In this document: positions 48,852-62,645 of the stretch, one piece after another
Position numbering within the stretch: the first letter of the stretch is position 1
How the letters are laid out: each line of letters opens with the position of its first letter
NCBI GenBank assembly: GCA_050084985.1
Contig: JBITNC010000002.1
Span: 5,394,001 to 5,458,000, forward strand
Reading direction: 5' to 3'
Length of the DNA: 64,000 bases
DNA from: Nageia nagi
Lineage: Eukaryota; Plantae; Pinophyta
Made by a program: the position numbers and the translations under genes
Notes under the pieces: model-generated
The model's input: the letters and a program-made list of their open reading frames with translations, nothing else
Databases searched by the model: none
Told to the model about the DNA's origin: nothing

Positions 48852-51800
48852 TGCTACAAAAACAAATAAATATGCAATAAGAATGTAAACTTTTACAATT
48901 TTTCCATCTATACATATAAAACATCTAATAAGCAAACATGTCCCACATGTGCAAACTTATTAACCACGATCCATAGAAGGATAAAGTTGGGGTTGTTTTC
49001 TTGTATAGAATTAGGCCTTCACCTGGATGCCCACACAAGAGGAGCCCAAGTACTACCAGTCCTCAACCAGTTCACCTTGGTCAGTAATATACTCTCACAA
49101 GGAGAAGTACTAACTATTTTCCAAGGATCCGACGTATCTTGGACCGGCCATTTTAATTATCTTGATTAGGGTTTTCAGTTTTCCTCCTAGGTTATCAGGA
49201 TAATCCCTGAATGGACGTGTGGACATGTGGTATCACTACACACATGCCTGTCCACCTAATAGAGTTATGTCCAATCCAACAGAGGTCTTAGGGGCAATTA
49301 AGACGGACTTACCACCACTCGGTTCTTCGGACTAAAAGGGCTCCAGTCTGCCCTGTCCTCACCTCATGGCTCCCCAAACAAGTCATGTTGTGGAAAATAC
49401 GTGCGGATGTATTCATTTTAGGGGTTACTTTCAAATTTTTGCGTATTGCAAGTATAAAGCAAATGTGCAAAAATATAAAGTAAAGTGAAAATACTCCATC
49501 CACACGAACTTGAAACCTTAAGAGGCCAAAAATTGAGTCCAATGGGTTTTGTACTAACCCCTAAAGGACTTTTACATTTTTCATATTTTTGCTCAAGTTT
49601 CAAAAATAATGAATTTTTCAAATGCTAAGTCCTATTTAGCATAAATCCATAACTTAAAAAAATGTATTAGTCCATGACTTAAATTTAAGTTTTAAAACAT
49701 GCATCATGCATTTTAACTTATAAATTTAAGTACTAAGCAAGATCTATTTAGCATCACATGCAAGATCTATTTAGCATGACATAAACATTTAAGTAACATG
49801 CAAGATCTATTTAGCATTTAAGTAAAAAATGATAAAAATCCCCCCCAGTTTTACTTAAAATGCGAACAACTTGATGCTAAAAAAATGATGTTTAAGTGTG
49901 AGGTGGCCTTGTTGTCACTTAAGGGGTAAACTTAAAATATTTAAGTGTGACTAAGGCAAAAAATCAAAGCAAATTGGGAGTGGGTAAAAAAAAAAATTAA
50001 ATACCCAACAACTATAGGTTGACAAAAAAAATGAAAGGGGCATGTGTAAGCCTCAGGGTGGTGGAGCAGGTGGGCAGGGGTTGCAGGAAAGACCAGAGTG
50101 TGTAGAAGGGCTGCAGAAGGAGTCCAAGGCGGTAAGGAGACCGCGTAAGGCGGGTGGAAGTCGTGTGAGGTGCGTGAGGAGTGGCGGGTGGAGGCCGCAT
50201 GGGGCGACCAGCCGGTGGTTGACCAGCTGCGAGCGCGACTTCAGGGCGGCGAGGGAGGAGGTTGACGTTAAAAAACTAAAGTTGCTCTGCATTTTATGCA
50301 GAGACTTGGAAAGCCATGTTGGTGCAGATCGTGTAATCTTTACCGGCCATGGAACTGTGTCTGCATCAAGCAGGTTGGTGAGGGAGATGAAACACGGTCG
50401 GCATGGTGTGTATCATGCGTCGTGTTAAACAACCACGGACTTATGAAATGAATCCATTTTGGTGCAAAGTTCAGCGAGCATTGGCAGGCCATGGAACTAT
50501 GTCTGCATGATGCATCTGGTTAAACAACTTGGCAGAAGTCTCAATGGAGCCATCTTGGTGCAAATTCATGGCGTATCCGTGGTAGAGTACGTGAACGAGC
50601 TGGCGAGGGAGGAGGACGTGTTGTGTATTACTTACGAGTAGATCTCGCGTGAGCCGTCTTTATGTTGTGGGCAAACCCTATGAACATGGCAGGCCATGGA
50701 ACGTGGTCTATAGCCTGCGATCATGGGACGCCAAGAAACAGGGTCTGCAGCACGCGTCGTAGCAAACAAGTTACGTGCCTTGTCAACGTATCGGGTTTGT
50801 GCAATGCCGATGATCAGTACATATCAGGAGATCACCTCAGGTTGTAGCAGGTAGCGCGCAAATAATGGACAGGAGGCAGACCGGATCAACGTCACCTGCA
50901 CGTTCGTATGGTGAGCATTGCAGCAGGCAGTGGGTGCAGAGGCGACGAGGAGCCAGAGGAGCGCGGAGGAGGGCGGAGGAACGGGGAGGAGCCACCACAG
51001 AGGCCACGCGCGGAGGAGGACCCCCCCCGATTAGTTAAATTTTATACGATTTATGTCATCGTGATAAATGTTTATCAATTACCCCCCAAATAATATGATT
51101 TTACTTTATTTAATCGTGATCCCTTTAATATTTTCAAAAATATATATATACATTGTTTTTTATTTATATTTTAAACGAAATTAAAATATAAAAAAGATAT
51201 ATATTGTTTAATTACATTTTAACAAATTTAAAATATAAAAAAACTATATATATATATATTTTTGATTGAAATAAATATATATATAATTTTGTTTTGATTC
51301 TTTTAAACAAAGTTAAAACAAAATAAGAAATATATTTTAAATAACAAAAACAATAAAATATATATATATTATATTAAGCTTTGGAATATATTATTGTGCT
51401 CCTAAAAAAATTTGTCCTCCTTTCTAACTTTTTAAATATTCATGCCTCTTGCTTAGGAACATATCAATAACTCACTAATGATAGTATATATGAGAAATTT
51501 TACAATAATACATTACTATTTTAAGCAAATAGTAATAACATAATACTACTAACATAAAAAATGTTAGTACAAATTTCATAGTATCCTCTTAAAAAAATAT
51601 AGCATGTATAGAGATAGAGCATTTTTGTACAACACAAAAAAAATGCTACTAACATAAGAGGTTAGTATAGAAAAAACATACTTGCATTTGTCATTTTAAT
51701 CATATTTTGTAAGAAATAAGCTCCAATATCTCACAAAGTATGTTAGCATCTAATGCAATAATCCAAAAATGATCAAATAAGGAGGAACTTTATACCTTTT

Positions 51801-51918
51801 CTTAAAAATTTACCTCACCAATGGGGTGTAAGATGAGGAATGAAGAAGGATGAAGAACCTCCAAGATGTAGCTTCCACACCAAAAGAAGAGCTTCCACAA
51901 CAAGGCTCTGATACCAAT

Positions 51919-52408
51919 TGAAGGATTTGAACTAGATCTAAACAAATCCTCTAGGACCTTAGACTAGGAAACTCAAGTGTACACAAGATAACACAATCAC
52001 TCAAGATAACACATCAATATAATGTGGTTCCTCCCTCCTTGGGAGTACATCCACAACTAGTTCTCTTATTCTCAAATCTATGTCTCTCTTACAACTATTC
52101 TCTAGCTCTCTCCTACACAACCAAGTAGAGTAATCTTACTCCAAAACTTAGATATGTTTACAAGAGGAGAGGCCCTCTATTTATAGCTTGAGAGCACCTC
52201 CCTAACCTTCCTTTAACCCAAGGGTAAGGTTAGGGTTACATTAAATGTATCACCAAACTTCAACCTACCAACTAACCACTTTGGTAAAGTCAAAGTCTAC
52301 ATATTAAAGAATTCTATTAATCTCTTAAGGTATCTACATACCCTTAAGTGATTAATTGAATTTACAAGGAGTATAGATATTCACAATATTTCATTACAAA
52401 TTCTAACA
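51919..52408 (-). repeat. copia-2 5' LTR
   Basis: Followed on the minus strand by AT and the PBS TGGTATCAGAGCC. Confidence 0.97.
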
Positions 52409-52959
52409 TAAATATCACTACTCAAACATAATTTTGATGATTTTGTTTACTTCTTCTTCCATCTAGTAATTGCTAATAATTAAAATCTTAGGTTCTAACT
52501 CAATATCGATATTGATTTTTTAAGTTTTAATCCTTGAGTTATATTTGCAGATTTTATTTTATTTTAAAGAAACTACTTCTCTTTCTCATTCTTGTACCTT
52601 ACATTTTAATTTTTTTAGTTTTCCCTTCTAATCATTAAGGTCCTTTTTATAACTTTTGTTAGATTCTTCATTTTCTTAATTTCAGGCAACTCAAGGAGAA
52701 GAAAGGTAGCACTTATTTGGGAGGACCTAAAATTTGTTTTTGTAGATTAATTAAGGGATAATAATAATAATTACTTAATTTCATATAAACATTGGTGCAT
52801 ATTCAAATCATCATTATAGAATGTAAAAGTTTTAACAAATATATTTTGAAGTTCATCCCAGTCATTGGTCCCTCTTCTTAATTCTTGCACTACATACCAT
52901 TCTTTAAGGAATGATTTCCATAAAAATTCAAAGGAGAAAACCAAGAGATGCAACCTAAA

Positions 52960-54030
52960 CACTACTAGAAAAGATAATATTTACTTACTTTTTTGTGTCT
53001 AAATGTAGAACATTTTATTTTTTACTTTAGCACCAAAAATCGATGGAAATTTTGATGCAATTGACTCAATAGTTTTTACATCCTTTTTTGTCACATTTGC
53101 ATAAGATTTTGCATTGGATTGTTCTATTTTGCATCAAAATTTATGTCATTTTTATGTTGATTTTTATAAGGAGAAGTTACAGAATTGTAGATCTTTTAAC
53201 TCTATGCAATCTTAAAAAATAGGCTTAAAATGATATCCAAATCAAAAGTTATGGCCTCTGCAAGATACATCATTTTTATTAAAATAATTTCTTAATTTTT
53301 GATCCACTTCTATGATTTACTTTGTATCTTCAAGTTCCTTATTCAATAGGTCTTTGAGATAATTACATTGGTCTATTGAACCTGTTCAAGAATGGGGTTA
53401 CTAGTGGTTAAAGTTTTGAAAACTTGACTTTAGTATATATATTTTTTCTAAATAATATAGTAAATATTTTGATGTTATTGTCCATTTCTTGTGGCCTCCT
53501 TCTTTGGGCAATTTCTTATCAACCTTTAAAGGAGTTTACTTTTATGTAACCAAAGATTTCTCTGCCATTGGTTTCTTCTCTGTGGGCTTCTTCTTTGCCT
53601 TGGGTGCCATGGCTATGATTGAAACTTAAAATTTAAGGAATTAAAATACAAAGAAAAGACCTAAGAAAATAAATTAGTTAAAGCCTATGAAATGCAAGGA
53701 TTGTAGGGAGGGTTTGTTGATATATATAGTTCGAAGAGGGTATTTGGTTATTGGGTAATCACTTTCAGTACGGATGGAGGACAAAGTGAATGTAAGCCAC
53801 CAATTGATAGGTCGATGAACAAGCCAAATGCATTTAAATTTGTTCTAATAAAATGTGATGCAAACTTTGCATTGATTTTTGCATCAAAATTTGTGTTAAA
53901 AAATGTGTAAAAATTAAAAAAAAAGTTTTCAATGCAAGAAGATGCATTTTGGTGTAATTTGTATCGATGTATTTAGAAATATTATTTTATGACACAAAAA
54001 ATGATGCAAATAGGCCTTTTCCTAGTAGTT
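52960..54030. mobile_element. Non-autonomous CACTA (En/Spm) element, ~1.07 kb
   Basis: Left end CACTACTAGAAAA and right end TTTTCCTAGTAGT(T), with the terminal G changed to T. 3-bp TSD AAA at 52957-52959 and 54031-54033. Subterminal TTGCAT/ATGCAA motifs occur at both ends. Confidence 0.8.
53482..53610 (-). pseudogene. H2B: Histone H2B N-terminal fragment inside the CACTA element
   Basis: MAPKAKKKPTEKKPMAEKSLVT*K*TPLKVDKKLPKEGGHKK resembles the plant H2B tail MAPKAEKKPAEKKP...KAEKKLPKEGG. Two in-frame stops and no recognisable histone fold. Confidence 0.8.
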
Positions 54031-54949
54031 AAAGAATCCTAACAAAATCTAAAGCCCATGCTTAGAAATCCCAAAAAATATGAGAAAAATAAAAAATAAG
54101 CTTAATTTTAGGGCATTCCCAAATATCATTTTCAATATTTGATGTATTATCTAACTCCTAGTGTTTCTCTCAAGAGTGAGTTCCTTTACATTCTCTTAGT
54201 TCCTCATACTTACACTCTTGAACATTCTTCACTAAAAATTTACATGATTTTGATTCCATTTTTGGTATATAATGACCTCTTATTTAGTGAGGCCTTTCTT
54301 TTCGAGTTGATGTGAAGTAGTATTTTTGGGTTAGATTCCTCTAAATAAAATATACATTTGGAGCTTCATCTATTCTTTATACCATTTTGAACTCTTGGGG
54401 TTTTGGTTTAGATATCCCTAATTTGTCTTCCTTTAGAATAAGGGTACATTGAGTATTTTTGGTAATGTCCTCTTTCATTTCTCTTTTCCTTACCTTCTAG
54501 TTTAAAGGTTTCCTACTCTTCGTATAAGAACATATGTCACTTTATTTGGTTGTGAAAAATCATATTAGATTTTTAGCATTATTTGTTCTTATTAAAGAAT
54601 CATCTCCTCTTCATCAGAGGAGACCTAATCAATATAAGTTATCTCCTTCTCAGTTTGTACTTGTTCTATATCTATAGGTATAACCTCTTATTGAGTTTTC
54701 AATACCACCTTTATCTCATAGAAGCTTAGTGTCATATTTTCCTTCTCGTATACCATCTCCTTCAAACATCCAAGAAGGGGGAAAAGCTAGGTTATAATCA
54801 AGTCCTAAAACTAGTATTGATAAATCGATATCACCCCTTTTTACTATGAGGAATTTTTGGGTTGCGTTATAATCTACGTGAAGTGGGGGGCCCAAAGTCC
54901 ATGACATGGTTTTGTAGGGTGTATGGTTCCTTACCTTGCACAAGGTTTG

Positions 54950-55290
54950 TGTTCAAAAATTTTATGGTATAAAAAAATAAATAACCCAAATCACACTAAC
55001 TTTATACCTTTTGTGAAGAATAAGAAACCATCCAAATGATAAAGGAGAGAGCAATCCAATAAGGAGATACCAAGAATTTGGAAGGGGAAAAAGCAAAGAA
55101 AACCCTCTTGTATTAGCAAAATAACAAAAGCCAAGTAAAAAGAATCATAAATACAAAATAGAGAGAATGAGCTAATAATCCTCCTAATTCTAACCTAATG
55201 TGTACATAGTAAATCTAGCAGCTAAAACTAGATAATGAAAAAAGGAATAGGACCACTTCTTAAATAGTTAAGGGGTAAAACATAAGCATC
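54950..55290 (-). repeat. LTR-like repeat, copy A
   Basis: Direct similarity to 59269-59590, e.g. CCATCCAAATGAxAAAGGAGAGAGCAATCCAATAAGGAGAxACCAAG and GAGCTAATAATCCTCCTAA. Confidence 0.7.
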
Positions 55291-55949
55291 ATATCATCAA
55301 TATTTATCATGGAAATAAAAGTACCTTATTATCATAAAAAAATGCCCAAAGTAAATACAAATAGTTTAAGGGTGAGGAAGGTAAATATAATAACAAATAT
55401 ATATCATTGCATCATAAAAATAACATTAGTGTTATAAGGAATGTTCCATACCATTAGTTTATGAAATCAATAAATTATTTATGAAAAAATACCATTAAGC
55501 ATAATGTCTTAAGGCATTACTATAAATTACATTTAAAAAATCTTCAAATTTACCATTGTATTATAAGAAGGATCATTAAATACCGGGAAAAATTTCAAAC
55601 GAGGAGATTGAAACCAAGGTTGCATGGATGGCCAATTCATGCAACCATTGACGAAAAACCTCAAAATAGTGGGATTAAGGTGCCTAGGACTTGGTATCAC
55701 TTTTAAAAAAAAGGACAAATTTCAAATTGTACCTCAAGTGATCTAAAACTTTGAAAAAATGAAGCTTAAAAAATAAATTATTTTCTTCCTTAAAAGAATG
55801 ATCATGAGCTTCAACATAAATACATTAATAAAATTCCATTATTAATGATAGAATAGTTATAATATCATCAATAAGAAGCTTAAGAATAAATAATTTCATC
55901 ATTAAGTCTTATAAGTACATATCAATTGTAATAAATATTTGAATGCATT

Positions 55950-58900
55950 ATTTTATATGGCTATTTTGAAGAGATGAGGTATCCCATTCCATTAATTCCC
56001 ATATAAAAATAATATTATGGAGAATGAAATGCTTTTGAATAAAACTTTTTATTTTGGATGAACAATGAGAGGAAGTAGGGGTTTTAGATGCAAAGCAAGA
56101 GCTTTGATAAAGATATTTTAATTGATATTATGGAGGGTAATTGGTCTCTAATTAGTGATTACCTTCAACTCTCATTTATTTGGAATGAATTTTATGTTGC
56201 CCCTATTTATCAATTTTCTAATGAACTAGTGAGCAAAGCTTGCTAGTAAACTTTATACAAGTTAGGGCCAACCAAGGTCAATAATGTTTTTATAAAATTC
56301 ACATGGGAATCTATTTAATCGTAAATATTTATCATTTGACATTTGAAACAAAGTATTTTCAAGGTATTTTAAAGAAAGAAGCGTGTCACAATTTCCTCAT
56401 AGAGCATTTGATACTTTAATAGGAACCCCAAAAGTACAAAACTAAAGGGCTACATGCCTTTATATCATTTGAGCTTAGGCATATAACACTTGAGTATGAT
56501 GTTAGATAAAAAATGTTATTTATATAATGTATTAAAATGTATCTCATTCGATTGTGTCGAGTAGTTTCAAATTGGGTTGATTGACAAGGTGGTCAAAGTT
56601 TATGAAAGAACTCCTTAGATACCTTATCACCAATTTCAAGCTAATGCAATTTGGCTTTAATTTGAGCCCCTTTAGCTTCATAAAATTTAATAGTTTTTAA
56701 TTCATGATATAAATTTGTAATATGAGCATACCATTATTCATTGGAAGGATCAACTTCCAACTTAATTATGACCTTAATAAGCTCCTCTTATAGAGAAAAA
56801 ATTGCCCATCTTTTGTAAAAAGATACTTTCTTAACAAGATTATGGAGTAAGATGGTGGTGCATGAAACAACATCATTCCTCCATTCAATACTCCTAATAA
56901 TTCCCTCTGGCATAAGAACAAGGTTTGAAATTCTACAGATATGATCAACCATGGAGGGATGTTCTAGGAATTGTAAATCTTGGGGGCAAAGGTAGTAGGA
57001 ATAATGTAGAAGCTAATAGGTGAATGATCAAAGGTGGTAGTTATAGAGATAGATTTGACTATAGGTGTGAAGCCTACTATTCTCTCAAAGCAAAAATATT
57101 GTTAATCATAGATCATGAATCTATCTAAGCATTTGAGAATCCTAGAATTCCCCCTCTGAAAATTAGACCAAGTAAACCACTATTTGTTAAGGAAAACTAA
57201 AGGAGAAAAATAAGAATTAGGATCAACTAAACCTAGTTTATTTCACATGAAAAATCATGTTGCTCTTTCTCCTGTAGACCATTGTGTAGGAACTTGGCCC
57301 ATTTCATTAGAATCATTTTCAATCATTTTGAAGTCACTAGAGAAAAGGCAAGCTATAGATGGTAGTGAAAAAGTACACCATTTCCAAAGCTCACTTATTT
57401 TCATAGCATGATTGGAGGTGTAAACTTTAATAATACTAAAATATATTATTGCAATATTTATAATGACCTAAATCACTTGATTCAAGGAGTACACTACCTA
57501 AGAATTAATATTATTGAGCCATCTAGGGGTTATGAATGTGAATGAACCATCGCGCCCATGCAAGCAATTTATCACAAAAACTTGTTACAGGGCCATAAGA
57601 AGCCACATATACTCATAAGTATAAAATCTATCATCTTCACTTCTTATAGATAAAGAAAGTTCATAGAGATAAATGGGTTAATAGAGGAAGAAATCTCCTT
57701 TTAAATAAGATATGTTTTGGTTTGGGCCCATCAATCCTCTAACATTCCATTATAAAAAATCAAGAGCAATTATTTAAAAGCATAACTCCTAAGTCCTTGG
57801 TATTCTTTATATCCCCAAGGTCATATAAAATTTTAAAGGTATTATTAAGAAAATATTCATAATTCCCTCTCAAAAAATCTATTAATTGGTAACATTTATC
57901 TTGTTTCTCAAAGAAAACATTATGGTCAAGGCTACAGGATCTTTAACCTCATGATTAAAAATGATCCTCCTAAGAGGGGTGTGAAATACGTTGAGTCCCA
58001 AAAATATTGAGAGAGGGGATTGAGGTTACCACTAGCACTGAAGAAGGGTCTCCTCGTATGGACATGGACTTAGGAAATGCATGTATGGATGATTAGGGCT
58101 TAGAGAGAGGTTGAGATTAATTACCAAGAGTAAGGCTAGGACTAGCATTTTGAGTTTTTATTTCTTTTGGAAACAAACTACCATTTGTATTAACCACCTT
58201 TAGGGGATGGTGGTTAGGATTTGGTCATTCAAGCTATTAGAGCTAATTTTTTGGACTTAAAATTTCCTTCTATTAACAAGCAATCCTTGATTTTGTGTGC
58301 AACAAACTAACACCGGTAACATGTATTTGGAAGGTTGATATAAATAACCCTTTATTGAATCATCTGATCTCCTAACTAGATATCAATATATTCTTTGAGA
58401 TCTTTGAAAATGTTAATCTTGATATAATAACAACAACAAGGATAGATAACATAAAAAACTATAACTCTTAACAATAAACTCACTAATAGGAGCCTAGGGA
58501 ATCTACCCATACATGAATTTTCGACGAAAAATAATTACTAATTGGAAAATCCTTATTCCATGATTGAAAAAGTAGTAGAGTTAGAAATATACCGTAAACC
58601 ATGATCAAGGATTCCTTTTAGATTAGCATGGTTAGTAAATCAAGACATCATTAACCTTGACCCAATGGGGGTGTCAGGTTTGTTGAATCTAACTCTTAAT
58701 GATGGAATCATTTAGAATTTGATCTAAAAAATACCCAATTAAGGTATGGCTTTCAAACTAATTGCATGCACTATCAAACTCACTCAAAAAAATCATAACA
58801 TTAATAGTAGAGGAATTACCTTGTGGTATACCTTCGAGATGAATTTTTAGATCTACTTGATTGCTTCTTATGCCATTACTCCCTCCTATAACTTCAACAA
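55950..58900 (-). mobile_element. Second heavily degraded L1 LINE (ORF1 zinc knuckle, endonuclease, start of RT)
   Basis: LPNTCYRC*FVAHKIKDC (~58335-58280), SDFKMIE (~57340; GDFNMIE-like), and N*RPITLHNIN (~56150; NWRPITLLN-like). Confidence 0.55.
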
Positions 58901-59255
58901 ATGTTGAAGTTGTGGAATGAGCCCCAACAATATTAAAAGGTAAGTAAATATGATATTTGCACCAATAAATGATGTTTACAATGAAAAATCTTGCTTAGTT
59001 TCTAAGAGGAAAGGTGATGTGATGATCAAGTAGGGCCAAAATCTTAAAACCTCAAGTTTAGCTTCCACTTCAACACTCCATTATTTATCAACTTTTCTTC
59101 ACATTGTAAGATCATTATTCGATCATTTAATGCAAAAAAAAAAAAAAAAAAAACTATTTTGTAAATAATTCCAAATTAAAATATCTCCAAAAAATAAATT
59201 CTCTTAAACAATTGCAAAGAAGACTTTCTAGACCGTCCACAATGGAATTAGTGAT

Positions 59256-59590
59256 GGCTCTAATAGCATGTTAGAATTTAATAAAAATAAAGAGCTCAAA
59301 TCACACTAATCTTAGAGTTTGTATGAAGGACAAACAACCATCCAAATGAGAAAGGAGAGAGCAATCCAATAAGGAGACACCAAGATTTTAGAAGGGAGAA
59401 AAGAAAAAAAAATCCTTTTGTATTAGGAAAATGACAAAATCCAAGTATAAAGAATCATGAATACAAAATAGGAGAGAAGGAGCTAATAATCCTCCTAACT
59501 CTAACATACTTTCTACATAGTTACTTTAGTAGCTAAAAATAATTGGATGATGAAAAAGGAAGAAGAATCACTTCTTAAATAGAAGTAGGA
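59256..59590 (-). repeat. LTR-like repeat, copy B, with a degenerate tRNA-Met PBS
   Basis: The minus strand reads ...TTCTAACA|TGCTATTAGAGCC (59268-59256), two mismatches from TGGTATCAGAGCC. Confidence 0.65.
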
Positions 59591-61286
59591 GAGGGGAGTT
59601 ACTAAGTAATTCCCACATTTGAGCTTTACCAATGTGCACACATGAATGGAATATCCTTTTAAGAATGATACTAAATACAAATAAGTAATTAATAAAGGCG
59701 AGTGATTTATATTTAACCACACCTAACCTACGACAATTCAATGTTAGATATTTCTAATAATTTATCTCATCAATATAAGCCTTTAGGTTGATTAAATTAT
59801 CTTTCTTCAAGGTATTTGTTATGTTGGATTATTCTAAGGATTCTCATACCTTTTGCTTTAGACACAAAGTAGTCACACATTTAGTAAACTCATATAAAAA
59901 ATAAAAAACTTGACTTGTTTACATATTCAATCTACTTTAGCCAGTTCTCATACTTTGAATCCATAATAATAAAGCTAGGTAGGTATACCTTAAGGTTAAT
60001 ATGCACGTTAATTATGACTAAAATCATCCTAAATTTTATTTTAATTACCTTATCCAAAGTACGTAGATTTCCAACCATCTAAGCTATACTCAAATGGGCA
60101 TCTTTATACTAGAATCATTTATCGAGACTAAAAAGTATATTCCATATAGAGATTAAGTTGATATTTTGGGTATTGAGATCAAAATCCAAGCCTAATTTTC
60201 GTAGAAAAAACCCCTCCATATAAAAAACCAAGGACCATCTATAAGATTTTTTTGTTTCATATCCTCTTCATGGTTCAAACTAAAGAGAATAAAACCTCAT
60301 GGAAGGGTAAAGATTGTTAGGCATCCAAAGGGTTTTCACTTCTGAATCACCCATCTCCTTAATGAGTCTAGGTCCAACCTCAAGCCAAAAACTTCCCTAT
60401 TAAATTAAAAACTCATTTATCCATAATAAAAGCAATCATATCCTTAAGGACATGAAGCTTACCTTGATGCAAATAAAGGTTAAAATAAGGTATTATTTGT
60501 AATTTCTTTGACCTATCTTGTACCACATTCGCCCATGATTTTCTTCCTTGACATTCGAGTAGATAGAGGGAACAAACCCATGCAGTATGGAGTTGTCACT
60601 TTGGTTAAATGAAAGCAGGATCGTTCTTGAGGGACCTATGCTTGCTTTGAGATTAAGGTTTGCAAGTTTCCCATAATTCATCCATTTAAACTTGCAATAA
60701 CTTTCTTGCTCACCTCCTTGCTTCCACTATTTCAAAGTAAAATGTGTAATAATATTGAATAATATTACTATTTATTGAGACTTTGATTAAATATTTACTT
60801 AAGTCTTCATATGACTTAGTCACTAATGTATATACTGATGATTAATTCATAATTTCTTTATATTTATTATATATGTATATACTTTACAAACTTGATATTG
60901 TTGGTTCTCTTGTTTGTGGCTTTCATGATTATATTCTCTTCCAAAGTATAAGTGGATATGAGAGGATACCATACACACATAGTTGGAAGTATTATGAGGG
61001 CTAGAAAATGATGATACTACTTAAGGTTGATGTTGACTTAGAAAATAAGAATTAAAATGATATTGGTTGTTCATCATTAAAAAATAAAAAAATAAAGTAT
61101 CAAAATGTAACAAACAAAAATAAAATTAATATATTGAAAAAAAATGAGAATAAAATTAATAAATTATAAAAAATAAATATTACAATGATTTTTAGACATG
61201 AAATAATATTATAATGATATATGATCAATATAATTTGAAATAGGAAAATGTATTTGAAAATAGATTTGGAAGAAAATATAACCACC

Positions 61287-61465
61287 TTTTTTTTAAATAC
61301 TAAGGGAATTGATTAACCCCCTTGTAAGCCCCCATTTACATTGGGTAAGCTTTTTAAACGTAGTTGAAGACGCTAGCGCAACATGTCCATCTAGTTCTAT
61401 GAGACTTGGGGGATCAATACTAGAACTTCACCTCTCTTAAGGAGTAACTTTGACCATAATACCAT
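61287..61465 (-). mobile_element. Putative tRNA-derived SINE
   Basis: The 11-bp direct repeat ATATAACCACC flanks it (61276-61286 and 61466-61476). The minus strand has an A-box-like TGGTATTATGG, a degenerate B-box and an A8 tail. Confidence 0.6.
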
Positions 61466-62531
61466 ATATAACCACCCTTTGTTGGACTTAGAAAATAAAA
61501 ATTAAAATAACATCATATATTCATGCTTATAAAATAAAATTAGCAAAATGTAAAAAAATAAATAAAAGTAACAAAATGCAAAATAATAAAAAATAAAATT
61601 CACAAAATGTAAAAAATAAATAAAAAGATAACAATGATGTTTAGCTTATTATTCTAAAAGTTGAGATGTTGACTATCCTAGCTACATTAGATGATTATTA
61701 ACTTTTAGAATAACATACATTAGATGATTATTAACTTTTAGAATAACACATATCATCGTTTGGAGATTTTACTTCAATTCCCACCAACCTTGACATACAC
61801 TGTACTCCCCATACAATTGTCCCATAGACCGCTTTTGGTCTCCTGCAGACATTAATAAACTTTCTTTCTTTCTTTCTTTCATATTTTTTGAGTTGAAACA
61901 TTATTTATTGATATTATAATTTTTGATATTTCTTCTCGTTTATATAGACTTTTATTAGACCTTTTCTCCCTCATTATGTGACTTGCTATCTATATGTAAT
62001 AACAAATCGATTATATCTATATTGATATCTTGAAATTATTTTTATTATAAAAGAAATAAGGAGAATGATGTAAATCCATGGAGAAACATTTAAAAATGTA
62101 ACAAATGGTATAAATCCATATAGAAATGTCTAAAAATATAATGAATGATAGAAATCTAGAAACATCTAAAAATTGTAACAAATTATCCGATAGAATAGAA
62201 ATAAGAAACATGATTCAAAACCATGAAAAAAAAAAAAATTTCAATGATGCAAGAGGAGTTGGAGAGGAGTAGGAAGATAAAACTCTCAAAGTTGAGAAAT
62301 GGAGATCCCAAGTTCAAAACTCTCCTTTGTCACATCATATAGATATGTTAAATCCAACCGATAGATAATCACGTTGGCGTGGATGAAATAAGGTACTAAG
62401 TGGATCAAATGAGGTACGACTCCCAAATGACTTTGACAAAAAATCTAAAATATAAAACTAATCAATTAACCCATCTAATAATAAAATTAAAAATTTTATA
62501 AATATTGCGTAAGTCAATATCCATACAATCT

Positions 62532-62645
62532 TTCAAATCAACTTACTGAAAGACGTGGACACAGTGGAGCCCGATATCATTTTTCTCTTCCAAATCAACT
62601 TACTAAAGATGTGGCCCAATGGAGGCCTGATATCATTTTTCTCTG
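62532..62645. repeat. ~57-bp imperfect tandem duplication just upstream of the 62658 start codon
   Basis: CAAATCAACTTACT..AAGA(C/T)GTGG..TGGAG..GATATCATTTTT occurs twice. Confidence 0.8.

Larger units (their letters stand above)
43616..52408 (-). mobile_element. Full-length Ty1/copia element (copia-2), same family as copia-1, 8793 bp
   Basis: 490-bp LTRs at 51919-52408 (5') and 43616-44105 (3'), identical by eye. TSD TAAAT at 43611-43615 and 52409-52413. PBS 51904-51916, PPT 44106-44114. Confidence 0.98.

Noticed and set aside
61685-62335. Further SINE-like traces ((TTTC)4 tail near 61860, B-box-like GTTCAAAAC near 62312) and a ~32-bp duplication near 61685-61748
   Set aside because: No TSD or complete A/B box pair could be established.
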